Origin: a virus
Lineage: Duplodnaviria > Heunggongvirae > Uroviricota > Caudoviricetes
Reading direction: 5' to 3' (one strand)
IMG/VR virus record: IMGVR_UViG_2537561875_000003
Length of the DNA: 64,000 bases
How positions within the stretch are numbered: the stretch's first letter is position 1; the number at the start of each line of letters is the position of its first letter. The notes under the pieces are model-generated. The model was not told the DNA's origin and did not search any database. It saw only the letters and a list, made by a program, of their open reading frames with translations. Position numbers and translations under genes: made by a program. Of this stretch, positions 10,061 through 19,709 are shown in pieces.

Positions 10061-10597
10061 TCACTCAGCCTCCACCTTGATGCCAGCGTCGGTTAGCATT
10101 GCCAGCACATCATCAAACTTGAGATATTCTCCTTCATCGTCGCTGTGCACATACCAGTCATCCCAACCATCAGCGCCTGGCTGAAGTCGTTGTGGCAGCT
10201 TCACGGTGACGGTGCGGGACTCCAGCTCGGCGATGCGCTTAGCTTGCCAGTCAACTAAGTCTGCAAGGCCAACACCTTTTTCGCGTAAACCGTAGTCATC
10301 CCGAAGCATGTCGTATACATCTGCTTTGGTCTGCGCCTTCTCCAGCGCCTCTACCAGCGCGAGGACGTTGGTAGGGTTAGCCAGGGCGATAAACTCTGCA
10401 TTCGCCTTTGCTTTGCGCTGACCGTCAAAACCAGCCCACTTAATGACGTCCCCGCAACGTTTGTCATCTGGCGTATGCACTGAGAAGGTCCGAGAGTCTG
10501 TATGGGTAAATGCCACCCATTGACCGGGCGTCGCTTTCATAGCTGCCGCTTTCATAGCTGCCGCCAGTTCGGTGATATCAGTTGTCATGCTCGCCAT
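10061..10597 (-). CDS. Ead/Ea22-like early protein
   Basis: 178 aa; PGQWVAFTHTD motif; position in the early region. Confidence 0.4.
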   Translation of the reverse strand: MASMTTDITELAAAMKAAAMKATPGQWVAFTHTDSRTFSVHTPDDKRCGDVIKWAGFDGQRKAKANAEFIALANPTNVLALVEALEKAQTKADVYDMLRDDYGLREKGVGLADLVDWQAKRIAELESRTVTVKLPQRLQPGADGWDDWYVHSDDEGEYLKFDDVLAMLTDAGIKVEAE

Positions 10598-11229
10598 CCT
10601 TCGCAGCTATAATTGCTGCATCCATCAAAGTCGTATGGGTTGTATTGCCAGGTAATGCGGCCACAATGTGGGCAGTTCCAGCGAACCTTTCCACTTTTTG
10701 CCTTCTGTCTGCGATTGTATTTTTTTAGCCATTCAGGCATCACCAGTCCGGCACCTTGAACCATAGTTCGGCGGTTGAAATCATTGATATTGAACGTGCG
10801 GCGCTTTACTGCATCTGCCATATGGAAGGGCAGCCACACAACGCCTGGCTCATCCGTGTTGGCTGATACAAAAACGAATGCCTTGCTGAAATCATCGGTT
10901 GGCAACCCTCCGCTTTGTAACCAGTAAACATCGTTCCCGTTCCAGTCACCTTTTTTATACGCAACGTATGCGCTGCAACCTTGCTCAACCACGCTATCGC
11001 ATGGGATGTACTGGCAATCCACATGCCATACAGCCAGGGCATCAACAGCATCAGCGCAAATCGGCTGGTCAATCTCTCTCCCGTAGTCCCAGCATCTCTG
11101 CGCCTCTTCCTGCGTATAAACGTGCGCGCGGTCGATATTGGAGCTGTATCCGTTTCCGTTATGGCAATGAAACGAGGCGTTGCTCCCCACAGTTTCTCGC
11201 GTGCAAAGCATGTAAAAACGGTTGCTCAT
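10585..11229 (-). CDS. Cys-rich hypothetical protein with a C-terminal zinc ribbon (CPHCG...CEGW)
   Basis: 214 aa ORF overlapping its neighbours by a few codons. Confidence 0.4.
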   Translation of the reverse strand: MSNRFYMLCTRETVGSNASFHCHNGNGYSSNIDRAHVYTQEEAQRCWDYGREIDQPICADAVDALAVWHVDCQYIPCDSVVEQGCSAYVAYKKGDWNGNDVYWLQSGGLPTDDFSKAFVFVSANTDEPGVVWLPFHMADAVKRRTFNINDFNRRTMVQGAGLVMPEWLKKYNRRQKAKSGKVRWNCPHCGRITWQYNPYDFDGCSNYSCEGWRA

Positions 11230-11675
11230 TTGTCGGCCCCCTCGCGCAGCTGCTTGGCCTGCTCATTAGCAACTCGACCTGATTCGCGCCATTGCTCGGC
11301 AATCAAACTATTCGCCTCATCTTTGGCTAATTTGAAAAAAAGGTTAGCCATATCCTCCACCCCATCAGCCTTAATCCCGGCTACGATGCGATCGGTGGCG
11401 GGGGTTTTTTCCGCTGCCAAATTAGCCCGGTGGTCATTCCATCCGCGCGCATATATCGGGTTTATGGACATGCCGTCCTTCACGCAGTACGCCTGACCGC
11501 CACGATTGATAACTTCAATTTCTTCTGCAATGCCAGCCTTCAGCCCCGCATTCTCCGCAGCCAGCTGCTGGTACGCTTTCGCCAGCTTCAGGAACTTCTG
11601 CTCTCTGATCGACGGCTCGCCTGCGCTCTCAAGGGAGGCGATGAGCTCATTTACAGCCTGTAGTGTGATAGTCAT
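11226..11675 (-). CDS. Hypothetical protein
   Basis: 149 aa ORF in the operon. Confidence 0.35.
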   Translation of the reverse strand: MTITLQAVNELIASLESAGEPSIREQKFLKLAKAYQQLAAENAGLKAGIAEEIEVINRGGQAYCVKDGMSINPIYARGWNDHRANLAAEKTPATDRIVAGIKADGVEDMANLFFKLAKDEANSLIAEQWRESGRVANEQAKQLREGADK

Positions 11676-11917
11676 TTGGCGGCTCCTTCTGCGAGCATGG
11701 CGATGATTTCTTCCGGGGTCTCTTTCACGTCAATGCGTTCTCCGGAGGTCATTTTCAGAATCGTCAGACCAGCGAAATACATGCTGGCGATGTGGTCTGC
11801 AGCAACAAACACAGGCTCGTAGACTGTTTCTGGTTCCCAACCGTATGCACCCTGGTGCTGTACCACGATTTTTTGTGTTAATTTCAGAAAAATCATTTTC
11901 TTACTCCCGCCAGGCAC
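11672..11917 (-). CDS. Hypothetical protein
   Basis: 81 aa ORF, coupled. Confidence 0.3.
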   Translation of the reverse strand: MPGGSKKMIFLKLTQKIVVQHQGAYGWEPETVYEPVFVAADHIASMYFAGLTILKMTSGERIDVKETPEEIIAMLAEGAAK

Positions 11918-12195
11918 TGGTTAAACAGTTTGGTCATTGGGTTTACACCGCCAGGACGCTGGCGATACTGAACAGACGGATCGCTGTCGGTTACGGCTGT
12001 TGTGTCAATCAGGGTGTAGCGGTAGCTCCTGCACTCACCCTCACGCTTAACCTGGCCGTCACGGTGCATCTGCCACAGGGAGGAATTGACCACTGAAGAG
12101 TCAAGCCCGGTGCCGCGGCGGATATCCTGAAAGTTGCAGCCAGGATGCTGGCCGATGAAGTTAATAACGGCTTGTTTGCCAGAGTTCTTTTTCAT
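11893..12195 (-). CDS. Hypothetical protein (possible winged-helix)
   Basis: 100 aa ORF. Confidence 0.3.
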   Translation of the reverse strand: MKKNSGKQAVINFIGQHPGCNFQDIRRGTGLDSSVVNSSLWQMHRDGQVKREGECRSYRYTLIDTTAVTDSDPSVQYRQRPGGVNPMTKLFNQCLAGVRK

Positions 12196-12929
12196 GACCG
12201 CCCTCTCCCCAGTCCAAATTTCGCCCGAATTTCTGCGATTTTGTTTAACCCCTGCTCCTGACTTAATGGCCGACCGCCAAGTTTTGGAATCTGCTTAACC
12301 GGCTCTGGAATCGCTTCTCCTGCGTTTAAACGACGCACCATACGCATCAGCTCATCCTGCGCCTTACGACGCAGCTCAGCGTCACTGAGGCCGTTTGCGC
12401 GCATGTCTGCGTACAGGCCAGTAACCATCCAGTAGCAGGCTTTGTGCTTCAGCGTTACCGGTGTGACGTTGTGCTCTGGCCACGGATAGGATTCAGCATC
12501 CGGGTATTGCCCGCGGGTCCTGCAGTACTGGTAAACCATATCGACCAGCTCCACTGCATCCGGCAGTCCGGAAGATACGGCTGATTCCGATTTGCACCAG
12601 GCGACAAACTGACCCGGCGATGGCATGAATGGGCGATCCTGTTTGCGGGCAACGCGCATTCCGGCGTTGATTTGCTCCATGGAGACAATCCCGTTTTCCT
12701 TGAACGCCAGGAGCCACTGCCGGCGCATCTCGTTCATCTCCTCGGGTGTTTTGCTGGCCAGCGCCGGAAACACAGCGAGCAACTGGCGGAACAGTTCGTT
12801 GAAGATCTCCGCAGTCTTTGCCGCCTGGCGCTTTACTGCCTGCTCGTCCTGCATTTCAGGAAGCCCGGCAGCCACGCGCTGGAAATTTTCCCGATCGAAG
12901 TTGTGCATGCTTTCAGCGATTGATTTCAT
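12192..12929 (-). CDS. P: Replication protein P (lambda P-like DnaB-helicase loader)
   Basis: Near-colinear similarity to lambda P that I recognise (FDRE...VAWC..ESYPWP...GEAIPEPVKQLP...AEI.AKFGL). Confidence 0.85.
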   Translation of the reverse strand: MKSIAESMHNFDRENFQRVAAGLPEMQDEQAVKRQAAKTAEIFNELFRQLLAVFPALASKTPEEMNEMRRQWLLAFKENGIVSMEQINAGMRVARKQDRPFMPSPGQFVAWCKSESAVSSGLPDAVELVDMVYQYCRTRGQYPDAESYPWPEHNVTPVTLKHKACYWMVTGLYADMRANGLSDAELRRKAQDELMRMVRRLNAGEAIPEPVKQIPKLGGRPLSQEQGLNKIAEIRAKFGLGRGRS

Positions 12930-13954
12930 TCGAGCACCCCGTAAATCCAGTCAGTGTTGTTCAGGTCGACTTTTGGCTTCCAGGCAACCTGAATCCCTGG
13001 CGCGCTGCGCTGCATGGTCAACTTGTCCCACTGCTTGCGCAGCGCATCAGGGCTCAGGATGTTGCGATGCCAGAACGAGTCTTTGCTGGCCCAGTCGTAC
13101 ATGCCGCAGATATTCTGGTGGCTACGATTGTCGATCTGACGCATCAGTCGAACCGTGTTTGACCAAGCGGTCATGTCAGGGGTTTTGCAGGTTGGGTTGA
13201 TCATCCTGACCCTGGAGAAAATCCACTCGGCAACGCGAACGTCTTCGGCGGTTCCCCACTTGCTGCCGCTGGGTGTGTAAACCGCAGCATCAGGATGAGC
13301 AGACAAAAATTTCTTCAGGCGGGCGTCAGAGGATTCGCCAGAATTCTCGGACGAAGATCTTTTAATGTTTTTATTCTTGTTATTACCTTCTTGTTCATGT
13401 TGTGCGGTTGTTTGTGCGGCTTCATGTGCGCCATCATGTGCGGGTACCACCTTCAAACCCGCGCCATTGCTGGACTCGTCATGTGCGCAAGTATGTGCGG
13501 CTTCATGTGCGGCTTCATGTGCGGGTAAATTGTCTGTTTTTTGAGCATATTCTGCAAAATTTGTGATGGTGATCACTCTCCCTTTTTGCTTCTCGCCTTC
13601 GATAGAAATCATCCCTTCGCGCACAAAAACGGCCAGCATTCTCTCCACTGAATCGCGACTAGTAGGATTCCCTTTCCGGTCGCAAAGCTGCAGCCCTAAA
13701 TCGGCCGCTGTGACCACCAGTTGTCCGGGCAGCAGTGACCACTCATGACCTTTGAAAGTCGCTTTGAATGGCTGACGAGCAGCATTAAGCAGCAGGTTTT
13801 CCCACAGGGTTCTGAGGTACACATCTTTTGCCCAGGACTGCTTGAGAACGCTCCGGTACAACGGGATGTAGCCAGATTTCTGGTTTTCCATCCGGTTGCT
13901 CCTGAATTGCCCCGGCGCGGCGCCGGGAAACTTGAGTATTTCTGCGGTGTTCAT
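12926..13954 (-). CDS. O: Replication initiator O-like
   Basis: Upstream of and coupled to P. Contains the iteron array, translated as AHEAAHEAAHTCAHD... Confidence 0.7.
   Translation of the reverse strand: MNTAEILKFPGAAPGQFRSNRMENQKSGYIPLYRSVLKQSWAKDVYLRTLWENLLLNAARQPFKATFKGHEWSLLPGQLVVTAADLGLQLCDRKGNPTSRDSVERMLAVFVREGMISIEGEKQKGRVITITNFAEYAQKTDNLPAHEAAHEAAHTCAHDESSNGAGLKVVPAHDGAHEAAQTTAQHEQEGNNKNKNIKRSSSENSGESSDARLKKFLSAHPDAAVYTPSGSKWGTAEDVRVAEWIFSRVRMINPTCKTPDMTAWSNTVRLMRQIDNRSHQNICGMYDWASKDSFWHRNILSPDALRKQWDKLTMQRSAPGIQVAWKPKVDLNNTDWIYGVLE
13395..13527. repeat. Origin iterons (about 12-bp period, YTCATGTGCGG-like, roughly 8 copies) inside the O gene, followed by an AT-rich stretch at 13528-13570
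   Basis: Direct repeats visible at 13395-13527: ttgtgcggttgtttgtgcggcttcatgtgcgccatcatgtgcgg...catgtgcgcaagtatgtgcggcttcatgtgcggcttcatgtgcgg. Confidence 0.6.
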
Positions 13955-14748
13955 GCTTCACTCTCCCAGCCGGCCTCTTTCAGGAATTCGCGATAGTTAT
14001 CCAGGATGGCGCGCGCATCAGCTGGCAGTTCAATGTCAGCCTGATCAGCGACTATCTGGAGAAACTGGCGCGCCTTTGCTGCGCTAAACTGCGGCAGCGC
14101 CGCGCTGCGGGTTAATTTCGATTTACCTGACGCTCTGGCCTTATCCATCTGGCGAATGGCTACAGAGGCCGCCTGGGGGCCGTGCTCGCGGGATAGTGCA
14201 ACCGCGGTTGTTGGGGATACCTCGCCGGCACGCACCATGCTGATCAGCTCTTCTCCACAGGTCAGCAAATGCAGGTGATAGTCGACGTCGGACAGAGAAC
14301 GCTTAACCTTCTTCGCGATCTCGTCCGGTTCCCACCCCTGATTTCTCAAACGCTGATATGCAGCTGCGCGTTCCAGAGCAGTGAGAGGCTTGCCCTGGTT
14401 CCGGGTAACCATGAAGGCGATACGATCAGCTTCGTTCCCGACGAAGTCTTTGCACTCAAGCCGGATGATGTCAGCGCCTGCTTTCGTCGCTTCAATGGCG
14501 CCGTAATAGCGGTGGTGGCCGTCGATAACCTTCACGCCCTTCTCGGTAACCTGGACGTCCAGCGGAGGCACCGACTCGCCGGCGATAAACGCATCGCGGA
14601 ACTCAGCGACGTGATCCTGGTCGATTTCGCGGATATTCAGTCCGGGCTCGACGTACAGCTCTGACAAAGGAACGGTGTAAGTTTTGTTAACCACCGTTCC
14701 GGTGCCGTTTTTGTCTTTGTGCTTGTAAAGCTGGTAAAGTGAACTCAT
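13951..14748 (-). CDS. ParB-like nuclease-domain protein
   Basis: N-terminal ParB/Srx motif (IDGHHRY). Confidence 0.55.
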   Translation of the reverse strand: MSSLYQLYKHKDKNGTGTVVNKTYTVPLSELYVEPGLNIREIDQDHVAEFRDAFIAGESVPPLDVQVTEKGVKVIDGHHRYYGAIEATKAGADIIRLECKDFVGNEADRIAFMVTRNQGKPLTALERAAAYQRLRNQGWEPDEIAKKVKRSLSDVDYHLHLLTCGEELISMVRAGEVSPTTAVALSREHGPQAASVAIRQMDKARASGKSKLTRSAALPQFSAAKARQFLQIVADQADIELPADARAILDNYREFLKEAGWESEA

Positions 14749-14834
14749 AATTACTCCTGTGAATTGATCCAGTTAATTCGCGTAGAAAGCCGTTAGTGCT
14801 CGAACACTGCGGCTTTCGCCTTTTCTACCCTTCA

Positions 14835-15155
14835 TTAGTCCCATCCCAACGGTCCTGGTCGGCACCGCTCTGCACGTAATCCGATATCTGCCAGCGTTTC
14901 TACCGACTGCAGGTAATGCCGGGAAACCACTACCGCTTCAGGCGGCACAACCTGCAGACCAAGCACGGACAACTCTTTTGCTATGTCAGCGAAATGCCCT
15001 TCCCCCTTTCTGCGACTGACTGTTGATTCACTGATACCCAATATCTCCGCGTAAGCCTTCTGCCCAATGGATGAAAGGCGGTTGAGTAAAACCCCTTCCA
15101 GCTCAATCGGGTTGAGGATCGGCGGTTCTAAGTTGCGGGCTATTGCGCTTTGCAT
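14835..15155 (-). CDS. CII-like transcriptional activator
   Basis: HTH (QKAYAEILGISESTVSRRK) and position immediately after cro. Confidence 0.45.
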   Translation of the reverse strand: MQSAIARNLEPPILNPIELEGVLLNRLSSIGQKAYAEILGISESTVSRRKGEGHFADIAKELSVLGLQVVPPEAVVVSRHYLQSVETLADIGLRAERCRPGPLGWD

Positions 15156-15173
15156 TTGTGATATTTCCTGTTG

Positions 15174-15407
15174 TTAAGCCGCGGAACATCTCGGACGTGA
15201 AAAAACAAGGCTCTCTTTTGATACGGGTTGGTAATGGCTAAACCCTTTGGTTGCCTCTTCTATTGCCTCTGCCTTCTCAGGCGATGCCCGACGGTTTCCA
15301 TAGGCGATTTGATCCAGATAACCAACGGTTGTGTTTGCCAGTTTTGCCAACTGAGCCCACTCGCCTGTGCTGGCATCTTTTCGCCAGCGTAAAAGTTCAT
15401 TACTCAT
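15174..15407 (-). CDS. cro: Cro-like repressor (YdaS/Cro HTH)
   Basis: 77 aa; divergent from cI; RBS GGGGAGG upstream. Confidence 0.55.
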   Translation of the reverse strand: MSNELLRWRKDASTGEWAQLAKLANTTVGYLDQIAYGNRRASPEKAEAIEEATKGFSHYQPVSKESLVFSRPRCSAA

Positions 15408-15438
15408 GGGACCTCCCCGTGACTTATTTAAAATGGAG

Positions 15439-15488
15439 TTTAGCGTTATGCTAAATACTAATCAAGAAAGATTTAGCAATTTGCATAT
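15439..15488. promoter_or_regulatory. OR-type operators of prophage A: TTTAGC-N5-GCTAAA palindrome at 15439-15455 and a half-site at 15472-15488
   Basis: 17-bp palindrome tttagcgttatgctaaa lies between cro and cI. The same consensus recurs downstream of cI. Confidence 0.5.
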
Positions 15489-15522
15489 TTATCATTCTGC
15501 TAAAAATGACAAAAATGAGCAG

Positions 15523-16200
15523 ATGGAAAGTAAAGAGATTAGAAAAGCGAATCTGGAGAACTTGATCGAACAGCAGCGTGTAGATGCAGGCCTGAACAAG
15601 GCTCAATTTGCAGAGCTTATCGATACAAGCCCAGCAGCTCTGAGTCAGCTGATAGGTGATAAACCTCATAGAAACATCGGCGATAAAATGGCTCGTAAAA
15701 TTGAATCTGCACTCAATCTGCCTTTCGGCTGGATGGATACGTTACATGCCAAAGAGAACCACACGAACGTAACATTCAGATCAGTAAATACCCCTCAGGG
15801 GAGCTACCCAGTGATCAGCTGGGTTAGTGCCGGACAGTGGATGGAAGCAGTAGAGCCTTATCACCGAAGAGCGATTGACCGCTGGTATGAAACAACCGTC
15901 GAATGCTCTGACGATTCTTTCTGGTTAGATGTCCACGGCGATTCTATGACATCTCCTGTCGGCCTTAGCATTCCTGAAGGTGCAGCTATCCTGGTTGATC
16001 CTGAAGTAGAGCCTATTAATGGGAAATTGGTTGTGGCCAAGTTGGAAGGCGATAATGAAGCCACTTTCAAAAAGTTAGTAATTGATGCTGGAAGGCGCTT
16101 CCTGAAGCCCTTAAACCCACAGTATCCGATGATTGAAATTAACGGAAACTGTAGGATTGTAGGGGTTGTAGTAGATGCTAAGATATTGAATATTCCATGA
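15523..16200 (+). CDS. cI: CI repressor (XRE HTH plus S24 LexA-like peptidase)
   Basis: C-terminal S24 motifs (GDSM, K dyad region). Start at MESKEIRK because the longer ORF overlaps the operator palindrome. Confidence 0.75.
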   Translation: MESKEIRKANLENLIEQQRVDAGLNKAQFAELIDTSPAALSQLIGDKPHRNIGDKMARKIESALNLPFGWMDTLHAKENHTNVTFRSVNTPQGSYPVISWVSAGQWMEAVEPYHRRAIDRWYETTVECSDDSFWLDVHGDSMTSPVGLSIPEGAAILVDPEVEPINGKLVVAKLEGDNEATFKKLVIDAGRRFLKPLNPQYPMIEINGNCRIVGVVVDAKILNIP

Positions 16201-16296
16201 TAATACCCCTTTAACAAACCCGCTCCGGCGGGTTTTTTTATGCCTAAAAACTCCCCAATACACTTCATCCAAAAATTAAACCCTAAGCAAATCAAA

Positions 16297-16362
16297 ACGC
16301 TAAATACCACATAGCGATAATTTAGCATTTTGCTATTGCCATTTATTTAGCATCGCGCTAAA
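16297..16362. promoter_or_regulatory. OL-type operators of prophage A (TTTAGCATTTTGCTATT at 16321-16337; TTTAGCATCGCGCTAAA at 16346-16362)
   Basis: Same palindromic consensus as the OR sites, located just downstream of cI and upstream of the first pL-side gene. Confidence 0.45.
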
Positions 16363-16392
16363 TTTAAGCCATCCAAACAACACAGCGATGAG

Positions 16393-16602
16393 GTGAACGT
16401 GAAACTTTTAGCAAACATAGATGAGGGCGTAGCAATTGACCTTGAAAAGGTTGCGTGCCTTCTGCGTGAAAAAGACACAAAAAAAACATTGGTTATTTTG
16501 GTTTCTGGCAGTCGCTTTGTCATAGAGCAGCCTCTTACGGAGGTATTGAAGATGATTAGTGACTACGAAGTTATGAGCAAAGAGGAGAAGGGTCTCGGTT
16601 AA
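16393..16602 (+). CDS. Hypothetical protein, first gene of the leftward (pL-like) operon
   Basis: GTG start with GAGGTG RBS; 69 aa. It is not arginine-rich, so not an obvious N. Confidence 0.35.
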   Translation: MNVKLLANIDEGVAIDLEKVACLLREKDTKKTLVILVSGSRFVIEQPLTEVLKMISDYEVMSKEEKGLG

Positions 16603-17206
16603 AGCCTCTCCCGAGAGGCGTTACCAAAGCCAGTTTACGAGCTGGTTTTGGTATCCAAACAACAACGTTGGCGCCGGTAATAGGTAACAACGCTCCGTTA
16701 GCCGCGATAAGGCAAAGGTGAAGAGATGATCCGCGAAGAAGATAAAACTGAGTGGTTTAAGTTTCTGGCACACGCATTCGCCATCGTCGTATGCGTACTG
16801 ATAGCAAGTGCATTCTGCCTGATACCTGGTGGTTCAGCATGAGCAAACAAGGCATTCGTTCACTGATTTACTGCCTGCTGATCTGCGGCGTTATCTGGAC
16901 AGCGTTGATTATCAAAATTCTGCACGTTACGGGGGTGTTCAATGGTTAGTCATCATTACGGGACACAGACCGTTAACCGCGGCGCCGTTCTCCCAGGGAT
17001 GCTCGTTAAGCATCGGGAAAGCACCTGGACAGCATCAGCAAATAAACGCGGCCGCCTGTACCTGCATCGCGGGATTGAGCGGACTTACACAACCGACTTG
17101 CTGGTTGAAGTTTATCTGAACGGGTTGGGACAAGGTCTCAGCCGGTAATCGAAACGAAGAATTTAACTGAACTATCAGGCGGCTTTCATCGCGCCGGGAG
17201 GCACGC

Positions 17207-17731
17207 ATGCTGAATAAAGAAAGACTTGATGAGTTATTAGATTATTCGCCTGATTCAGGGTTATTTACTTGGAAGGTTAACCGCCGGGGAAAGGCTAAGT
17301 CTGGATGTATCGCAGGAAGCAAAAATGGACAAGGTTACATTCTCATAAAAATTGACGGGAAGTTTTATTTTGCTCATCGCCTCGCGTGGCTAGTTACGCA
17401 TGGAACATTCCCAGTCAACATGATAGACCACATTGATGGCAACAGAGAAAACAATAAAATCAATAACCTAAGAGAAGCCACCGCTGAACAAAATATGTGG
17501 AATAGCGCAGCCGGGAAAAATAACAAAACAGGAGTAAAGGGTGTTAGCTGGGATGGCAGAAGGAAAAGATTCCGGGCCAGCATATCCATAAAAGGGAAAA
17601 ACAAAGAAATAGGGAGTTATTTGTCACTTAAAGATGCTGAGTCGGCAATAAAGGATTATCGGCTGAAACTCCATGGCAAATTTGCAAATAACGAAGTTAT
17701 TAATAACAACCTTTTGGAGGGGAAACCATGA
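17207..17731 (+). CDS. HNH homing endonuclease with an AP2 DNA-binding domain
   Basis: HNH_3 motifs (IDHIDGNRENNKINNLR) plus an AP2-like segment (GVSWDGRRKRFRASI). The region is AT-rich. Confidence 0.65.
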   Translation: MLNKERLDELLDYSPDSGLFTWKVNRRGKAKSGCIAGSKNGQGYILIKIDGKFYFAHRLAWLVTHGTFPVNMIDHIDGNRENNKINNLREATAEQNMWNSAAGKNNKTGVKGVSWDGRRKRFRASISIKGKNKEIGSYLSLKDAESAIKDYRLKLHGKFANNEVINNNLLEGKP

Positions 17732-18699
17732 GCGAAATAATGGATTTAGTCGTCATCGAGAAAAGGAACGCGATGGCGGTTTTCACCAATAACGACCAAC
17801 TCGATCCGCTTATCGAAGCGATCGAAAAAGAGGCTCGCAGTCTGGTGCCGGACGTGACCACCAAAAAAGGCCGCGACGCCATCGCATCCATGGCTCACAA
17901 GGTGGCGCGCTCTAAAACCTACATCGACAACGCAGGTAAAGACCTGGTCGCTGAGCTGAAGGCGCTGCCAAAGCAGATTGATGAAAGCCGCCGCGTTGTC
18001 CGTGAGCGTCTCGATGCACTGAAAGATGAAGTGCGTCGCCCGTTGACCGAATGGGAGGCGGAGCAGGAACGCATTAAGGCCGAAGAAGCCATGCTCGCCC
18101 TTCACGTCGAAGCACTGGCCATGAATGAAAACTTCGATCGGCGGCTGGCAGCTCGTATTGAGTCTGACCACGAAATGGCTCTGCTGATGAATGACGCTTT
18201 CGATCGTGAGCAGGCAGATAAAGCGGCTGAGGCTGAGCGCCAGCGCATTGCCCATGAAGAAGAAATTAAGCGACTGGCAGCAGCTGCAGCAGCCCGCGAA
18301 GTTGAGCAGCGCGCACAGCGTGAACGTGAAGAAGCGGCGCATCGTGAAGCTGTGTTGAAAGCACAAGCTGAGCAGGCAGAGCGAGATCGCATTGCAGCCG
18401 AGCAGAAAGCTGAGGCTGACAAGCAGGCCGCTATCGAAGCGGAGCGCCGCAAAGCTCAGGAAGAAGCCGATCGCATCCGCCGCGAGGCAGAGCAACGCGA
18501 ACAGGCCCGCCTGGCTGAGGATAAACGCAAAGCCGATGAGCAGGCGCGACGCGAAGCCGACGTTAAGCACCGCAAGGCTGTAGGCACTGAAATCGTCAAA
18601 GCTCTTCTGGCCAATACCAGCCTTACTCGGGATCAGGCTATCGAGGTGCTCACCGCGGTTAAAGACGGCCGCATTCTTCATACCGGTATCAGTTACTGA
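17728..18699 (+). CDS. Coiled-coil phage protein (Glu/Ala/Arg-rich)
   Basis: 323 aa with a long EAERQR/AEQKAEADK-type coiled coil; coupled to its neighbours. Confidence 0.4.
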   Translation: MSEIMDLVVIEKRNAMAVFTNNDQLDPLIEAIEKEARSLVPDVTTKKGRDAIASMAHKVARSKTYIDNAGKDLVAELKALPKQIDESRRVVRERLDALKDEVRRPLTEWEAEQERIKAEEAMLALHVEALAMNENFDRRLAARIESDHEMALLMNDAFDREQADKAAEAERQRIAHEEEIKRLAAAAAAREVEQRAQREREEAAHREAVLKAQAEQAERDRIAAEQKAEADKQAAIEAERRKAQEEADRIRREAEQREQARLAEDKRKADEQARREADVKHRKAVGTEIVKALLANTSLTRDQAIEVLTAVKDGRILHTGISY

Positions 18700-18700
18700 G

Positions 18701-18904
18701 GTGCTTATGAACATCAAATGTGAATGCACAGACATGCGCACATCTGTAGGCCCACATAACACGTTAACCGTCGAGCTGGAAGACGTGGTGCTGTCGGGAA
18801 CAGTTAACAGTCGTGAAGTCCTCATGCAACTGGATTGGGACGTGGTGATCGAATGTCTGGCGGAACATGGCTACGTCATTACTCATCGGGAGAAAGCAGC
18901 ATGA
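18701..18904 (+). CDS. Hypothetical protein
   Basis: 67 aa ORF. Confidence 0.3.
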   Translation: MLMNIKCECTDMRTSVGPHNTLTVELEDVVLSGTVNSREVLMQLDWDVVIECLAEHGYVITHREKAA

Positions 18905-19055
18905 GCGCGGCGGAAAAATGGGATGACGACGAATTCATTCAGCTGATGAGCGATGCGATCGGCGAACGTGATTTCGACGATGACGAACCAGTAAACCTTT
19001 CTGCGGAACGGCAGAACCCGGTGATCAGCTGGGATGAATTCGCGGGGAATTTTCA

Positions 19056-19709
19056 ATGACGGATAAAAAAGTATACGCCGCTATCAGCGCTGTGGCCGGA
19101 GAGCTGGCAGAGAAAGGCATCAGCAAGGCCAGAAAACAGGGCAGCCAGGTCAACTACGCATTCCGTGGGATCGATGACGTTTACAACGCTCTGGCCCCTG
19201 CCCTGGTGAAGCACAAGTTACTGATCCTCCCGCGGTGTACTGAGCGGTCATGCTGTGAACGAACCAGCAAAAATGGTGGCGCGTTGTTTTATGTAACCGT
19301 CCGGGCTGAGTTCGATTTTGTCAGCACGGAGGACGGCAGCATTCATACCGTCGTCACCTACGGCGAGGCGATGGATAGCGGCGATAAAGCAACGAACAAG
19401 GCCATGTCGATTGCGTACAAATATGCAGCCTTTCAGGCGTTCTGCATCCCTACAGAAGAGACGGCTGTGGACCCTGACTATGAGGCTCACCAGGTAAGGC
19501 CAGCAGACGCAGATCAGATTCTCGCTGATTTCACTGCTTACGCAGGCTCAGAGAACGATCCGAAGGCCCTCCAGGATAACTACGGAAAAGCATGGAACAG
19601 CCTTCATGGCTTCCCTGGGCATCAGGCGAAGTGCAGGGTCGTTACCGGCATCCGCCTGAGAGAGCTGAAACAAGCCGCAAGTGGTGGCAGCCATGAAAGT
19701 AACAGCTGA
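19056..19709 (+). CDS. erf: ERF-family single-strand annealing protein
   Basis: ERF motifs (KISKARKQGSQVNYAFRGIDDVYNAL...). Confidence 0.7.
   Translation: MTDKKVYAAISAVAGELAEKGISKARKQGSQVNYAFRGIDDVYNALAPALVKHKLLILPRCTERSCCERTSKNGGALFYVTVRAEFDFVSTEDGSIHTVVTYGEAMDSGDKATNKAMSIAYKYAAFQAFCIPTEETAVDPDYEAHQVRPADADQILADFTAYAGSENDPKALQDNYGKAWNSLHGFPGHQAKCRVVTGIRLRELKQAASGGSHESNS

Noticed and set aside
17746-18825. 359-aa minus-strand ORF and the 18102-18452 Ala/Ser-rich ORF
   Set aside because: Both lie antisense to the coiled-coil gene (17728-18699). The repetitive GC-rich codons create long shadow frames.
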